Positions 33,679 through 44,900 of a stretch of 64,000 nucleotides of DNA are shown here, piece after piece (position 1 is the first letter of the stretch; every line of letters starts with the position of its first letter). The translations under genes and the position numbers were made by a program. The notes under the pieces were generated by a model that did no database searches, had not been told where the DNA came from, and saw only the letters and a program-made list of their open reading frames with translations. Origin of the DNA: a virus; the IMG/VR virus record IMGVR_UViG_3300027759_000048; one strand, written 5' to 3'.

Positions 33679-34803
33679 ATGAAAAAAGAAACGCCTCCAA
33701 AATGGACGCAGCCACATAAGTCTGATGCTCGTAAAGCTCAGTCGGCTGGATCGTATCCTGACTATTTCAGTTGGAAGACACGATCTGGTCATGTGCTACA
33801 ATTAGATGATACAAAGGGCGGAGAGACTGTCACACTACAGCACCGCAGCGGCACATCTATTCAGATGGCGCACGATGGCTCATTACATATCACAGCGCAT
33901 AATGGCAAGTATGAGGTGACGTTTGGTGAAGATCGTATGACTATATCTGGCGCACAGGATATCACAGTCAAGGGTGATGCTTCGCTTAGAGTATATGGTG
34001 ACTATAATGTTACCTGCCACAAAGACTATAATCTCACAGTATTGGGTAATTTCAATCTAGCTGCTAAAAATCATAACAGACAAATTCTAGGAAATATTGA
34101 TACACAAGCAAGAAACGAGAATAAAAAGCTCATGGGTTCATCTAGTAAGATTGCCCGTGGTGCTATTGCTTATGTGTCTAAAGGTTCCACTACTATTGCT
34201 TCTCAGTCAGACTCGTTACTATTTGGCTCCGCTTCCGGTATTGGTATGGCAGTCAAAAAGGGAAATATCACACAGAATATCGAAGAAGGAAACTTTCACT
34301 CAGAGACAAAAGACGGTGAGGTTCATGTCAAGTCAAAAGGTAAGATGAACTATGAGTCCTCTGACGAAGCTATCAAGATGACAGCCGAGAAAGACTTTGG
34401 CATCGAGTCAAAGTCAAACGGCGTTCAAGTCAAAGCAGATAAAGACGTTGGCATTAGTTCAACTACTGGAGACATTCAAGCAAAATCTGCTGCTGGTAGT
34501 GTTGAGGTTAAAGCTCAACAAAAAGTTGATGTGAGAGCAACAGGTGACGCTCACTTTGGCGGAGCAAAGACAAGTATTGAAGGACAGACAATGACAACCA
34601 TCGTTGGTCAATCAAGTGTTAATGTTGATGGTCCGTCTGGTCTCAATCTTAACTCGGGCCTTGGATTATCTAATATAATGTCTGCTTTAGGATTACAGAT
34701 GGACTTTGACTTTGGACAGTTCGCATCAGATGATCCTAAGTCTCGTGGTGTTCATGCTCCAGATAAGCCTGCTGGAAATAGTGAGACTAAGAATTGGGCA
34801 TAA
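33679..34803 (+). CDS. 5: gp5-like central spike, beta-helix C-terminal half
   Basis: YP....TRSGHVLQLDDTKGGE..TLQHRSGT followed by V.G-type beta-helix repeats. Confidence 0.8.
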   Translation: MKKETPPKWTQPHKSDARKAQSAGSYPDYFSWKTRSGHVLQLDDTKGGETVTLQHRSGTSIQMAHDGSLHITAHNGKYEVTFGEDRMTISGAQDITVKGDASLRVYGDYNVTCHKDYNLTVLGNFNLAAKNHNRQILGNIDTQARNENKKLMGSSSKIARGAIAYVSKGSTTIASQSDSLLFGSASGIGMAVKKGNITQNIEEGNFHSETKDGEVHVKSKGKMNYESSDEAIKMTAEKDFGIESKSNGVQVKADKDVGISSTTGDIQAKSAAGSVEVKAQQKVDVRATGDAHFGGAKTSIEGQTMTTIVGQSSVNVDGPSGLNLNSGLGLSNIMSALGLQMDFDFGQFASDDPKSRGVHAPDKPAGNSETKNWA

Positions 34804-34829
34804 ATAGTATAAATGGGTAGAGGACTAAG

Positions 34830-35234
34830 ATGGCACAAGTAAACATTAGCCGACAACCAGACTATTCTGATCTTGATTTAGATTTCATGATCAATCCGAT
34901 TACTGGCGACATCAATAAGAAAAAAGGTGTCGATGCTGTAAAAAGATCAATACGCAATCTAATTTTTACTAGCTATTATGAGCGTCCGTTTAACTCGTCT
35001 CTTGGCTCAGATGTTCCTAGACTACTATTCGATAACGTCGATGTTATCACCGCTTCACTATTAGAAGATGCTTTAGGAAGACTAATAAATACTTATGAGC
35101 CTAGAGTTGAAATAACACGTTTAAATGTTTATGCTGATACTGACAATCACGGCTTCAATGTCCAGTTGGAATATGTAATATTGAATACTGAAACTCCAGC
35201 GACATTTAATCTATTCCTAGAAAAAATAAGGTAA
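34830..35234 (+). CDS. 25: Baseplate wedge gp25
   Basis: YSDLDLDF..NP.TGDI, AVKRSIRNL, ERPF, YEPRV; late promoter CATAAATA at 34799. Confidence 0.93.
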   Translation: MAQVNISRQPDYSDLDLDFMINPITGDINKKKGVDAVKRSIRNLIFTSYYERPFNSSLGSDVPRLLFDNVDVITASLLEDALGRLINTYEPRVEITRLNVYADTDNHGFNVQLEYVILNTETPATFNLFLEKIR

Positions 35235-35237
35235 TCA

Positions 35238-37319
35238 ATGTCTAGAGCAAATACAACCCTCAGAGTTTCGGAACTAGATTTCAACTCTATTAGAAACAAT
35301 CTAAAGACATTTCTTGGCAGCCAGTCAGAGTTTTCTGATTATAACTTTGAAGGCTCAGGTATGTCCGTTCTACTAGACATTCTCGCTTACAACACCTATT
35401 ACAATTCATACTACTTGAACATGGTAGCTAACGAAGCGTTTCTAGATACCGCTCAGATTAGACAGAACATCATCTCACAAGCTAAGTTGATCAACTATGT
35501 GCCGACATCACCACATGCGGCAGAGGCAATGATCAATCTCCGTGTTACACCAACCGCTTCAGAAAATCAGTCACTACACACAATCACACTGGACAAATAC
35601 ACAAGACTACTTGGTGCTGATATCGAAGGCACATCATATCCATTCGTAACACTCAATTCTAATACAGCTAGTAAGTCAGGTAACTCATTCTATTTCCCTA
35701 ATGTGTGGATCAAGCAGGGTGAGGTTATCACTCAGCAATTTGGCATGTCATCTAATAACAAGACAGCAAGATTTGAGATTCCATCAGCTAACGTTGATAC
35801 TGACACACTAACAATCACAGTTCAGGAATCAGCATCTAATTCCTATACAGAAGAGTTTCTACTCTCAACTGATATCACAACAATCACAGCAAACAGCCGA
35901 GTATATTTCTTAGAAGAGAACGAGAACCTAAACTATACACTACAGTTTGGTGACGGTGTTCTTGGTTATCGTCCAAAAGATGGTAACATTGTTATCGCCA
36001 CATATGTTGATACACAGGGTTCAATGGGCAATGATGTTTCCAAGTTTAACTTAGTTGAGCCTGTCGGTGATATCTATACCGGCAATGTTCGTGTTACAAC
36101 CGTTTCAAGTTCAAGAACCGGGTCTGATAAGGAAGACATTGATAGAGTTAAACTAAGAGCACCACAGTATTACACAGCACAAAATCGTTGCGTTACTGTT
36201 CGTGACTATGAAACAATTCTAGTCAAAGAATATCAGAACATTGACGCCGTTTCTATCTGGGGTGGCGAAGACAACGATCCGCCAGTTTACGGAAAGGTTT
36301 ATATCTCTATCAAGACTAAAGGTTTCTATACACTGACAAACCTTGAGAAAGAGAATATCAAGACTAACCTAATCAAGAATAAGAACGTCGTTACTGTGAC
36401 ACCAGTTATTGTTGATCCTGATTATATCTTTGTCACAGTTCGTGGTAAAGTCTATTACAATCCAGGACTAACATCAAAGTCAGCAACAGAAATTCTACAG
36501 CTAGTTAAGCAGGCTGCTTTTGATTATGCTAATGATGAGTTGAATACCTATCGCTCAACATTCAAGAAAGCAAAACTACAAAGCTATATTGAAAAGGCAG
36601 ATCCAGCAATTACTGGTTCCGATATCTCAATCTATCTACAAAGCCGTCAGGTTATTGATACAACTAAGTCAAAGAAGTATTACTATTACTTCAAGACACC
36701 AATTGAAAGAGGAACTTACACTAATAAGCTATACTCTTTCCCACAGATTACAGTTCTCGATAGCGGTCTAGTTTCTAGAAACGTGTTCTATGAAGAGGTG
36801 CCAAACTCATTCACAGGTGTTGATGCTATTGATCTTATCACACCAGGTAGAGATTACATCTCAGCTAATGTCAGTATTACTGGCGACGGTACAGGAGCTA
36901 CCGCAGTTGCTAGTGTGGTCAATGGTAAGGTTACATCTATTGAGGTAACAAACAAAGGCATCAATTATTCCCGTGCTACTGTCACAATCACTGACGATGG
37001 ACAAGTTGGCACCGAGTCAACCGCTAAAGCAGTTCTACAAGCAAGAAACGGTATTCTTAGAACATATTACTATGATACACTTGGTAACAAGATTGTTATT
37101 AATGAAAACGCTGGTACCGTCGATTATGATACTGGTGAGGTTGTATTGAATGCTATTCAGCCAAGCGCCGTTGTTTCTAATGACTATTACGACACAGACG
37201 TTCTAACAATGAACATCGTATCTGGTACAGAAATCATTCAACCATTGAGAAACAGAATATTGACGATGGACGAAAACAATGTTCAATCTGTTACTCTCGA
37301 AATGGTTGCGGAAAAATAA
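35238..37319 (+). CDS. 6: Baseplate wedge gp6
   Basis: ELDFNSIRNNLK, DYNFEGSG...LLDILAYNTYY, FGDGVLG, QNRCVT..DY, WGGEDNDPPVYG. Confidence 0.95.
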   Translation: MSRANTTLRVSELDFNSIRNNLKTFLGSQSEFSDYNFEGSGMSVLLDILAYNTYYNSYYLNMVANEAFLDTAQIRQNIISQAKLINYVPTSPHAAEAMINLRVTPTASENQSLHTITLDKYTRLLGADIEGTSYPFVTLNSNTASKSGNSFYFPNVWIKQGEVITQQFGMSSNNKTARFEIPSANVDTDTLTITVQESASNSYTEEFLLSTDITTITANSRVYFLEENENLNYTLQFGDGVLGYRPKDGNIVIATYVDTQGSMGNDVSKFNLVEPVGDIYTGNVRVTTVSSSRTGSDKEDIDRVKLRAPQYYTAQNRCVTVRDYETILVKEYQNIDAVSIWGGEDNDPPVYGKVYISIKTKGFYTLTNLEKENIKTNLIKNKNVVTVTPVIVDPDYIFVTVRGKVYYNPGLTSKSATEILQLVKQAAFDYANDELNTYRSTFKKAKLQSYIEKADPAITGSDISIYLQSRQVIDTTKSKKYYYYFKTPIERGTYTNKLYSFPQITVLDSGLVSRNVFYEEVPNSFTGVDAIDLITPGRDYISANVSITGDGTGATAVASVVNGKVTSIEVTNKGINYSRATVTITDDGQVGTESTAKAVLQARNGILRTYYYDTLGNKIVINENAGTVDYDTGEVVLNAIQPSAVVSNDYYDTDVLTMNIVSGTEIIQPLRNRILTMDENNVQSVTLEMVAEK

Positions 37320-37322
37320 TTT

Positions 37323-40300
37323 ATGTCATTATCATCAAATAGCAAAACATCAATATTAGTTTCTGGACAGCTTCCTGCATTCGTCAGGGAAGAGCATGAT
37401 ACCTTTATCAAGTTTCTAGAATACTATTATAAAGCAATGGAGCAAGAGGGCGAGGCTCTCTATCTCTCCAAGAACATGCTACGAAACTTAGATATTGATC
37501 AGCTATATGAACACGTCCTTGAAGATCATACCAATGATCAGAATGTCAGAGATGACTACGATTACATCTCATTCCTACAGAAGATGTATGATACTTTCAT
37601 ACAGTATATTCCTGACAATGTTCTAGCCGATAGAACAAACATACTAAAACACGCCAAAGAGTTCTATCTATCATCTGGTAGTGAGAGTTCTGTTCGGTTT
37701 ATTGTTCAAGCTCTATTCAACAAAGAAGCTCAGTTCTATTATCCAAAGACCGACATTCTTCGTGCTTCTGATGGTAAGTGGTTTATTGAAAAGTCATTGA
37801 GAGTTAGAGGCGTCAAGGTTGATAACGTTTCTAATTCTATAGCAGCGACAAACTTTGGTAACACATTCATCAAAGGCATATCATCAAACGCTACTGCTAT
37901 TGTCGAGAAGGTTGATACCTACTATGACAAAGGACAGCTTATCTATGAATTGAAACTCTCTAATATCTATAAAGAGTTCTTGAATGCGGAAGAAATCTAT
38001 ACTCAGTATACCGAAGAAGGTGTTGATAAGTTTCTAACAGCAAATCTATTCTCTGGTATTATCACATCGGTTCAGATTGTATCTGGCGGCGCTGGTTATA
38101 CAGAAGGCACCACAGTTCCTATTGTTAGTAACACTGGTATTGGCGCACAGGTTATCATCTCAAAGGTTACCAAAGGAACAATTCAGGCTGCTGGTGTTGT
38201 CAAAGGCGGCGCAGGATTCCAAGTTGATGATGCTCTACTAATCTTCGGTTCAGGCTCTGGTGCGTCTGGTACCGTTGCCGACGTTGATGAAAGTGGCTTC
38301 TATCATCCAAATAGCTATAATGTTATCTGGTCAACAATCAATCTCGAAGCTAATACAGCTATCGGTAACAATAGATACTCCAATCTCAAATCATCTATTA
38401 TAGATCCAGCTAATGATTCCGCTGGCTTTGCTAATTCAATGTCATACTTTGTGTATGGTAATTGTGGACCTGCTTTCTCACTAGCAATTGCTTCTGGTGG
38501 TAACAACTACATTCCGCCAATTACAATTGCTATCTCTGCTAATTCTGTTATATCGAAGATGGGTATTATAGGCAAGATGCAGATTATCAATGGTGGTATA
38601 GGTTATACTGCTGGTGATACCATCGAATTTCTTAACCCATTAGGTAGTGCTGGCTCTGGTGCTATTGCCAACGTAACAAACGTTGCTGCTAATGGCATGA
38701 TTACAGAAGTCAAGTTTAAGCAAATGCCTGGTCACATTATTGGTGGATCAGGATATGAGCCGACCAATCTACCAGCAGCTAATGTTGTATCAGGAACAGG
38801 TACTGGTGCTAATATCGCTGTAACAGCAATCATTGGACATAACGAAGAAATCATTCAGTCAGTTTCTAACATCGGTACAATTCAAGCAATGACCGTTGTT
38901 TCTGGTGGTTATGGCTATACAGATAATCCAACACTTGATCTAACAGGACTCGGTAACGGTAACGCTAACGCACAGCTATCATACGTTACTGGTGCTTACT
39001 CATATCCAGGCAGATACATCAACGATGATGGACACATCTCTGGCTATAACTTCCTGGAAGACAGAGATTACTATCAAGAGTTCTCATACGTTGTCAAGGT
39101 TGATGAGACAATCAACAAGTATAGAGCCGCAGTAAAAGACTTATCACATCCTGCAGGCGCTAGACTATTTGGTCAATATGATATCGTCTTTGATAATGAA
39201 ACACTCACAAACACAAACGTTGAGGTTGTTTTCTCTAATACCGAGTCATCAACTTTACCACACAAAACAATGTATCAGGTACAGGGATACACTAGCGGTG
39301 TATTCTCACCAAATGTTCTAACTGGTACAGCAAATGCCGAGTTTGTTATTGGTTCGTATAGTGCTAATACATCAAATCACAATACTTCTTATTCCGCTGC
39401 CAATAATGATATTGTTATTTCTTATTTCAATCACGGATATACCCAAGGTGATTTTGTATTCTTACAATTCAAAAACTCAAACACATGGGCTAATCTTGGA
39501 AACACAAACTATACAGTAACATCAGCCAATATAAGTCATTTCTCTGTTACTAATCCATTGACTGAAAGAAGCGATGGTGTCGCCAACGTTGGTAACGTTC
39601 TTGTATATAATCCTGACGTTATGATCACACTGCCATATAGCAGACCAGAACTAAATGATAATGTCTATATTCAATTCCAGACAGTAGATTACTCACTAGC
39701 AAATGGTTACTATCAAGTTCGTGGTGTAAAGAACGCCAACACATTCAACGTTCTACATCCTAACATGACAACCGCTAACGTAGGATCTGGTGTAGCAAAT
39801 CTAATCAGTAGAAAGATTACTGTAAAAGCAAACAATCACGGATTCGCTGCTGGAGATCAGACATACGTTCTATTCCTTGGTGGTGACACAGGAAACACAC
39901 GTAATGGTTACTATACTGTATCCAGTGTTCAAGACGGTAATACATTCAATATCACTGGACAGAATGTAATCTTTGCTGGTTCAACATCCCGTGTCTATCA
40001 GAAGCTATCTAAGATTGTTATTGCTAGTCATCCAATGTCAAATGGTAATGCTGCTTATATCGCATTTACAAGCGGTGATCAGGCTAATACATCAAATGGC
40101 ATTTACTATCCAATCAAGACAGGCTCTGATGTATTTACAATCAATGTTGCTAAACCTGCTACAGGTAATAGCAATGTCAGAGTTTGGTATCAGACAAATA
40201 ACTATTCCAATATTAGATTTACTACACTCAAAACAGATAATGAACTATCACCTAATGATAATGTCTATATTGAGTTCTTCACATCTGCTACCGATTTAGC

Positions 40301-40550
40301 TAACGGTGTCTATATGATCAAGAGTGAATATAGCACCAACACATACAATATATACTATACCGCTAACGATAGTATTGCCAACTCAGCGGCAATATATGGA
40401 TCACAAGTCTTTATACCTAACACTGTAAATGAAGTGACTGGTGCGGTAATTCGCCATACAAACACTATCAATGCGGTTGCTCATTCTGGTCTTGGTATTG
40501 TATCTGGCTCGGTTATGGAAGGCACTGCCTATGTTTCGCCTTATAAATAA
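37323..40550 (+). CDS. 7: Baseplate wedge initiator gp7 with C-terminal beta-repeat extension
   Basis: QLPAFVREE..FIKFLEYYY, YPKTDILRASDGKW, YYQEFSYV, HPAG..LFG. Confidence 0.85.
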   Translation: MSLSSNSKTSILVSGQLPAFVREEHDTFIKFLEYYYKAMEQEGEALYLSKNMLRNLDIDQLYEHVLEDHTNDQNVRDDYDYISFLQKMYDTFIQYIPDNVLADRTNILKHAKEFYLSSGSESSVRFIVQALFNKEAQFYYPKTDILRASDGKWFIEKSLRVRGVKVDNVSNSIAATNFGNTFIKGISSNATAIVEKVDTYYDKGQLIYELKLSNIYKEFLNAEEIYTQYTEEGVDKFLTANLFSGIITSVQIVSGGAGYTEGTTVPIVSNTGIGAQVIISKVTKGTIQAAGVVKGGAGFQVDDALLIFGSGSGASGTVADVDESGFYHPNSYNVIWSTINLEANTAIGNNRYSNLKSSIIDPANDSAGFANSMSYFVYGNCGPAFSLAIASGGNNYIPPITIAISANSVISKMGIIGKMQIINGGIGYTAGDTIEFLNPLGSAGSGAIANVTNVAANGMITEVKFKQMPGHIIGGSGYEPTNLPAANVVSGTGTGANIAVTAIIGHNEEIIQSVSNIGTIQAMTVVSGGYGYTDNPTLDLTGLGNGNANAQLSYVTGAYSYPGRYINDDGHISGYNFLEDRDYYQEFSYVVKVDETINKYRAAVKDLSHPAGARLFGQYDIVFDNETLTNTNVEVVFSNTESSTLPHKTMYQVQGYTSGVFSPNVLTGTANAEFVIGSYSANTSNHNTSYSAANNDIVISYFNHGYTQGDFVFLQFKNSNTWANLGNTNYTVTSANISHFSVTNPLTERSDGVANVGNVLVYNPDVMITLPYSRPELNDNVYIQFQTVDYSLANGYYQVRGVKNANTFNVLHPNMTTANVGSGVANLISRKITVKANNHGFAAGDQTYVLFLGGDTGNTRNGYYTVSSVQDGNTFNITGQNVIFAGSTSRVYQKLSKIVIASHPMSNGNAAYIAFTSGDQANTSNGIYYPIKTGSDVFTINVAKPATGNSNVRVWYQTNNYSNIRFTTLKTDNELSPNDNVYIEFFTSATDLANGVYMIKSEYSTNTYNIYYTANDSIANSAAIYGSQVFIPNTVNEVTGAVIRHTNTINAVAHSGLGIVSGSVMEGTAYVSPYK

Positions 40551-40576
40551 GTAGATAATTAGAGAAGGATCAGCCT

Positions 40577-41902
40577 TTGTCATCGTCACGTTCTAAAAAT
40601 CTCGATATCTTTGTCGCCAAGCAAGTCAAAGAATCCGTATCAGAACCATCATCATCAAACGTCTATTTGACTTTTGGTCGAGCCGCTACTTGGGCAAACG
40701 ATGCTGCTCCACCTCAGGCTAACACGTCCGCAGTCAATACCAATCAAATCTGGAAGAACATGATTGGTGGCAAAAGAATTACAGGTAACAATATCAGACA
40801 TGCTATTCCACGTATCAACTGGACATCTGGTACTGTTTATGATGCTTATGACGATCTAATTGATTCCCTACAATTATTCGACTCTTCATACAACTTTTAT
40901 GTTATGACATCCGAGCATAACATATTCAAGTGTCTATCTAATAACAATGGCGCACCTTCTACGGTTATGCCAAACATTCTTGTTACAACTACACACTTTC
41001 AGACCGCAGATGGTTATAACTGGAAGTATATGTATAGTCTAACTGCGGAAGAGAAACTAAGATTTTTGACACCATCATTTATTCCAGTCAAAACTCTAGC
41101 ACAAAGCGATAACAGCCAGCAATGGATCGTTCAAGAGAATGCTATTGATGGTGCTATTCATGTTATCAATGTAACAAACGCAGGTTCTGGATACACAGCA
41201 AACGATGTTGTCGTATCAATCACAGGCGATGGTCTTTATGCTAACGCCTTTGCTGTATTGAATACATCATCAAATACTGTTCAGTCAATCGTCATTGACA
41301 ATCTAGGTTATGGCTATACATATGCTAATGTTACGCTTGGTTCGACTACAGGTGCTGGAGCATCAGCTAGAGCAATCATCAGTCCTCAGGGTGGTCACGG
41401 ATTAGATCCTATAATAGAACTTGGTGGTTCATATTTGATTATGGATGTTCAGATCAAAGATACCGAAAGCGGTGTATTGACCACACATAACGATTACAGA
41501 CAGATTTCATTGATTGAAGATCCTCGCCTATACGGTGTTACAACAATGTCATCTCTACCAGCATTCTCACAATTAACAGTTCTATCATTGAACGGTACCT
41601 CAGTTGAGTATGTCGAAGATGAGGTAGTTTATCAAGGTGCTTCATTAGCATCATCATTCTTTAGTGGGCATGTTGTAGAATGGGATTCTGGTAATAACGT
41701 TATCAAGTTATCAAATACAAATGGTATACCATCAAAAGACTTGCTTATTGGTGCTAATACAACCGCTGCCCGTTTTGTTAGTGCTATTACCAATCCAACA
41801 TTAGAACCACGTAGCGGAAATCTACTATATACAGATAACATGACTGCTATTCAAAGGGCTGATGACCAAGCCGAAGATTACAAAATCGTTCTGAATTTCT
41901 AA
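40577..41902 (+). CDS. 8: Baseplate wedge gp8
   Basis: IPRINWTSGTVY, FYVMTS...FKCLSNN, DGYNWKYMY, PQGGHG, EDYKIVLNF; TTG start; late promoter TATAAATA at about 40543. Confidence 0.88.
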   Translation: MSSSRSKNLDIFVAKQVKESVSEPSSSNVYLTFGRAATWANDAAPPQANTSAVNTNQIWKNMIGGKRITGNNIRHAIPRINWTSGTVYDAYDDLIDSLQLFDSSYNFYVMTSEHNIFKCLSNNNGAPSTVMPNILVTTTHFQTADGYNWKYMYSLTAEEKLRFLTPSFIPVKTLAQSDNSQQWIVQENAIDGAIHVINVTNAGSGYTANDVVVSITGDGLYANAFAVLNTSSNTVQSIVIDNLGYGYTYANVTLGSTTGAGASARAIISPQGGHGLDPIIELGGSYLIMDVQIKDTESGVLTTHNDYRQISLIEDPRLYGVTTMSSLPAFSQLTVLSLNGTSVEYVEDEVVYQGASLASSFFSGHVVEWDSGNNVIKLSNTNGIPSKDLLIGANTTAARFVSAITNPTLEPRSGNLLYTDNMTAIQRADDQAEDYKIVLNF

Positions 41903-41917
41903 AAGGAAAAGATAAAA

Positions 41918-44900
41918 ATGGCTTATAATAGAGCAAATAATACATTGACAACTGACTTCAATGTTACTCCTTACTACGATGATTATACCATTGATAGTAA
42001 CTACTATAGAATTTTATTTAAGCCAGGCTACGCAGTCCAAGCCCGTGAACTAACACAGATCCAGTCATCCCTTCAAGAACAGATTAATCGTTTCGGCAAG
42101 CATGTATTCAAAGAAGGCTCTATTGTTATTCCTGGTGGCTTCACACTAGAAACACACGGTGGTGCTAATACAGGTTCAGGTATTCGTTACGTTAAGATTA
42201 AAGATTATGACGCATCAAACAATGACGTTACCATCAGTGACTTCGTTGGCGTTGACGTTCTAGGTGCTACATCAAACATTACCGCAGCGGTTGTTGATGT
42301 TGTATCAGGTACACAGTCAAACTCAAATACAAAGACACTATACGTTAAGTATAAGACAACATCAAGTTCAAACAACATTCAGAAAATCTTTACTGCTGGT
42401 GAAACACTATCAGCAAACGTTGGTGGTGTAACAAAGACACTTGTTGTTCTCAATACAGATCCAGTTGCTAACGTCGGCTTCGGTTCAAGATTTAAGATTG
42501 ATGAAGGTGTATTCTTTGCTAAGAACCACTTTATCTCTTTTGAAACACAGTCAGTCATTCTCGATAGATATAATCCAAATCCGTCATGTAAGGTTGGTTT
42601 CTTCGTAACAGAAGACATTATCAATGCTTCACAGGATACATCATTACTAGATCCAGCACTAGAAGCATCTAACTATGCCGCACCTGGCGCAGATCGTCTA
42701 AAGCTAACACCAACTCTAACTGTCAGACCATATGATGATCCAATCGGTGCTCCTGATTTTGTGGAATTGTTTAGTATTGAGAATGGTGTGGTTAAGTCAT
42801 ACTTTGAGAGATCACAGTATAACATCATTCAAGATGAGATGGCTAAACGTCTTTTTGATCAGTCTGGCGATTATGTTGTTCGTGGTATGGATGTTCAGAT
42901 TAGAGAACATGATGACACAGGTTCAAACTTTGGTCGTTATGCCAACGGTAACAATAGTCTATTGTTCGTCGGCGTTTCGTCTGGTCTTGGTTATGTTCAA
43001 GGTTATGAGATCAACAATCTTGATACAGCCGAACTACAGATTGAAAAAGGTCTAGCCACTTCACAGTTTAGAGAGCAAATTGCTTCCGCTACACTAGGTT
43101 CATATGTTACTGCTAATAGCACCGTAGGTTCATGGGTATTAGACAAAGCAACAGCAGTTTCTCTTTACGATACACCTCAACGCCGTATTAGTAACAATCT
43201 ATGGTCAGGTGCTACATCACCATCAGGTAGAGTTATCGGTACAGCTAACGTAGCATCATTTGAATACTCAACAGGTACACCAGGATATGATGCCAGATAT
43301 AACATCTATCTAATGGATGTCAATATGCTCGGTAGCAACAGCTTTGCTAACGTAAGAAGCGTTTATTACGATGGTTCTGCTTCTGATGGTTATGCTGATA
43401 TTGTATTGGATGCCGGCGCAGCCGTTCTTTACGAAGTGCCTAATTCACAGTTACTATACTATGTTGGTGATGAATATGTTAAGAGTGTAAGAGATATTGA
43501 TAATCCAACAATCAATGCTACAACATTCTATTTCAACAAAACAGACAGTATCTCACCAATTGCTGCTAATGGCACATTCACATACTCTATTGCTGGCACT
43601 GGTGAAACATTCCCATATGGTTCAACGACACTTTCTGCCGCACAAGAATCCGAACTAAGATTAACACTAGACACCTCAGCTAATATTACAATGACAGGTA
43701 CTGTTAATGGTACTGGTGGAACATCCGCACTCAGCGGTGTAGGTACAGCTTTCACAAGATTAAACGTTGGTGACAAAATTGAATTTGTCGGCAACACAAG
43801 AACATATTACATTTCAGCAATCACTAACGATACCAGCTTGACAGTTGTTGGTGGATTACCTACCGGTCTATCAGGTAACACATTCTTTAAAGCATATAAA
43901 ACTGGTGATATTATTGATCTTACTGGTAAAGGTTCAGCCGCAGGTGTATCTAGAACAGTAGTGGCAACACCAACATCATTGACTTTTGATCTTAAAGAAA
44001 CATTTCCGACTACATTAAATGCTACATTGACATATAAGTTAGCTAGAACAGCGGCTAAGGAAATTGAAAAGCTCAAGAGAGCAAGCCGTTACGTTAGAAT
44101 TAATTGTAACACGAACGCAAGAGGAACAACTGGTCCATACGATCTAGGCTTCTCTGATGTTTATCAAGTTAAGAGCATTAGACTTGGTACAGGAGGAACA
44201 TATCCAACATCTAATACTGCTGGCACAGATGTTACAACATTGTTCAAGTTTGATAACGGTCAACGTGATAGTTACTATGATCATGGCACAATTACACCAA
44301 CTGGTATTGGTCTATCTGCTACTGATCGTCTTCTAGTTGAACTAGATTACTTTGAGCCAAACTTTACATCCCGTGCTGGTTACTTCTCAATTGACTCCTA
44401 TCCAATTGAGGATAATGATGCTCTATATGATTCCTCAGTAGATATCAGAACAGAAAATGTTTCTATCTACAAGTCACCAGTAAATGGTAAAGAGTATAAT
44501 CTCAGAAACTATCTTGACTTTAGACCAGTAAAGACAAACTCTGCCGATGGCACAAGTCCTACAGGTACAACACCTGCGACGGCAACAGAGAATCCAGCTA
44601 GGTCATTTGCTTATCAGAACTCAACAAATGGTTTGAGAATACCTGCTTCATCAAGTCAGATTATATATGACTATACAACATACATGGGTCGTAAGGACTT
44701 GCTTGTTGTAGATAAGGATAAGAGATTCCAAGTCATCACTGGCATACCAAGCAATTTCCCAATCACACCAGAAGCAATTCCTGGTACAATGACTATTGCT
44801 GTTCTCAACATTGTGCCATATCCATCATTGTCACCAGCTTATGCTTCATCAATCAATCGCTATGATCTAGCAACATCCACTAAGAAGATGTCAAACGCTA

